This document shows positions 63,210-64,000 of a stretch of 64,000 nucleotides of DNA, in pieces. The notes under the pieces were generated by a model. That model made no database searches. It had not been told where the DNA came from and worked only from the letters and a program-made list of their open reading frames with translations. The position numbers and the translations under genes were made by a program. The stretch comes from Phycisphaerae bacterium. Its GTDB lineage: Bacteria > Planctomycetota > Phycisphaerae > UBA1845. How positions within the stretch are numbered: the stretch's first letter is position 1; each line of letters starts with the position of its first letter. The DNA is taken from positions 512,001 through 576,000 of the forward strand of contig CAXXGO010000006.1 of NCBI GenBank assembly GCA_963666835.2. Reading direction: 5' to 3'.

Positions 63210-64000
63210 ATGAATCTACGCGTACCCTTCACCACCGGGCTGATTGCGGTGGCTACCATCACGGTCGTTTGCACGGGCGTCGCGATTAACGGATGCCGCG
63301 TGGATTACGGGGGCCTTTCCGACTCCGACGATTTCCTTGCAACGGGTCGGACCCTGAGCCACTTCACTGCGCTTCAGATAGACCCGCCCAGTGAGGACTC
63401 CGCAGGGCCGCAGTTCGTTGTGGCCGAGGACCTCAACGAGGACGGCATGCTCGATCTCGTCTCTGCGTGGAACCAATCGCAACCCGTGCAGGTACATCTC
63501 CAGCAACGCTCCGCGGAGGGGGAGATTACCTTCGAGACGCTGACGCTCGCCGGCAGCATCCCGGCCGTGGCGGTTGCGGGATTGGCCGTGGCCGACTTCG
63601 ACCAGGACGACCACGTCGACATAGCCGTGCTTCTGAAGGAGACGCTACTGACCGGCCCGCAGTGCATCGACGCCGAGCAACCGGAGGAAGGACTTTCCGG
63701 GCTGATCCTGCTGTACCTCGGTCCGGACGATCCCGCGACCGCCAACCAGGCGCTGGCGTGGGAGGAGATCGAGGTCGGCGCGGCCTTCCTGCAAGGGGCG
63801 GGCAGTGCTACGGAGAGCCCCGAGACCGGAGGCTATACGGCCATGGCTGTCGGGGACATCGATTTGGACGGTGACATGGACATCGTTGCGGCATGGAACT
63901 CCTCATGTGGGGACGACGGTTCGACGGACGTGGTCATATTCACTAACGGCGGGCCGGCGGCGATCTACGATCGGACCTGGACCGCTGAGCGGATTCCGGA
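63210..64000 (+). CDS. FG-GAP/VCBS repeat lipoprotein (runs off the window)
   Basis: MNLRVPFTTGLIAVATITVVCTGVAINGC lipobox; EDLNEDGMLDLV, ADFDQDDHVDIA, GDIDLDGDMDIV repeats. Confidence 0.85.
   Translation, partial: MNLRVPFTTGLIAVATITVVCTGVAINGCRVDYGGLSDSDDFLATGRTLSHFTALQIDPPSEDSAGPQFVVAEDLNEDGMLDLVSAWNQSQPVQVHLQQRSAEGEITFETLTLAGSIPAVAVAGLAVADFDQDDHVDIAVLLKETLLTGPQCIDAEQPEEGLSGLILLYLGPDDPATANQALAWEEIEVGAAFLQGAGSATESPETGGYTAMAVGDIDLDGDMDIVAAWNSSCGDDGSTDVVIFTNGGPAAIYDRTWTAERIP

Overview
GC-rich bacterial chromosome segment, probably Planctomycetota (Phycisphaerae-like). This is inferred from a prepilin/H-X9-DG protein, an IPTL-CTERM protein and a CxxCGYDLTGNVSGVCPECG zinc-ribbon gene. Housekeeping genes (glyA, hppA, groES-groEL, prpD, sppA, miaB, icd, gltX) alternate with envelope and secreted-protein genes: an RND pump with a TylF methyltransferase, a polysaccharide trio, a C25 peptidase, a 4Fe-4S/TPR protein and an FG-GAP lipoprotein. 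Intergenic spaces are packed with mosaics of many REP-like palindrome families. Four observations stand out. (1) A group II intron (44014-45940) has an EBS1 exactly complementary to one REP family and sits inside a copy of it; empty copies of the target lie in the same window. (2) A second, truncated group II intron is inserted into the CPECG zinc-ribbon codons of a small gene. (3) Three same-orientation 439-bp elements downstream of gltX each consist of a frameshifted 3' fragment of a RAYT-like HUH transposase between inverted repeats; they have stuttered ends and separate unrelated cargo blocks like a cassette array. (4) Other accessory genes are bracketed by direct repeats of REP composites. 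No tRNA, rRNA or CRISPR array was seen. All calls come from reading the sequence; no database searches were run.
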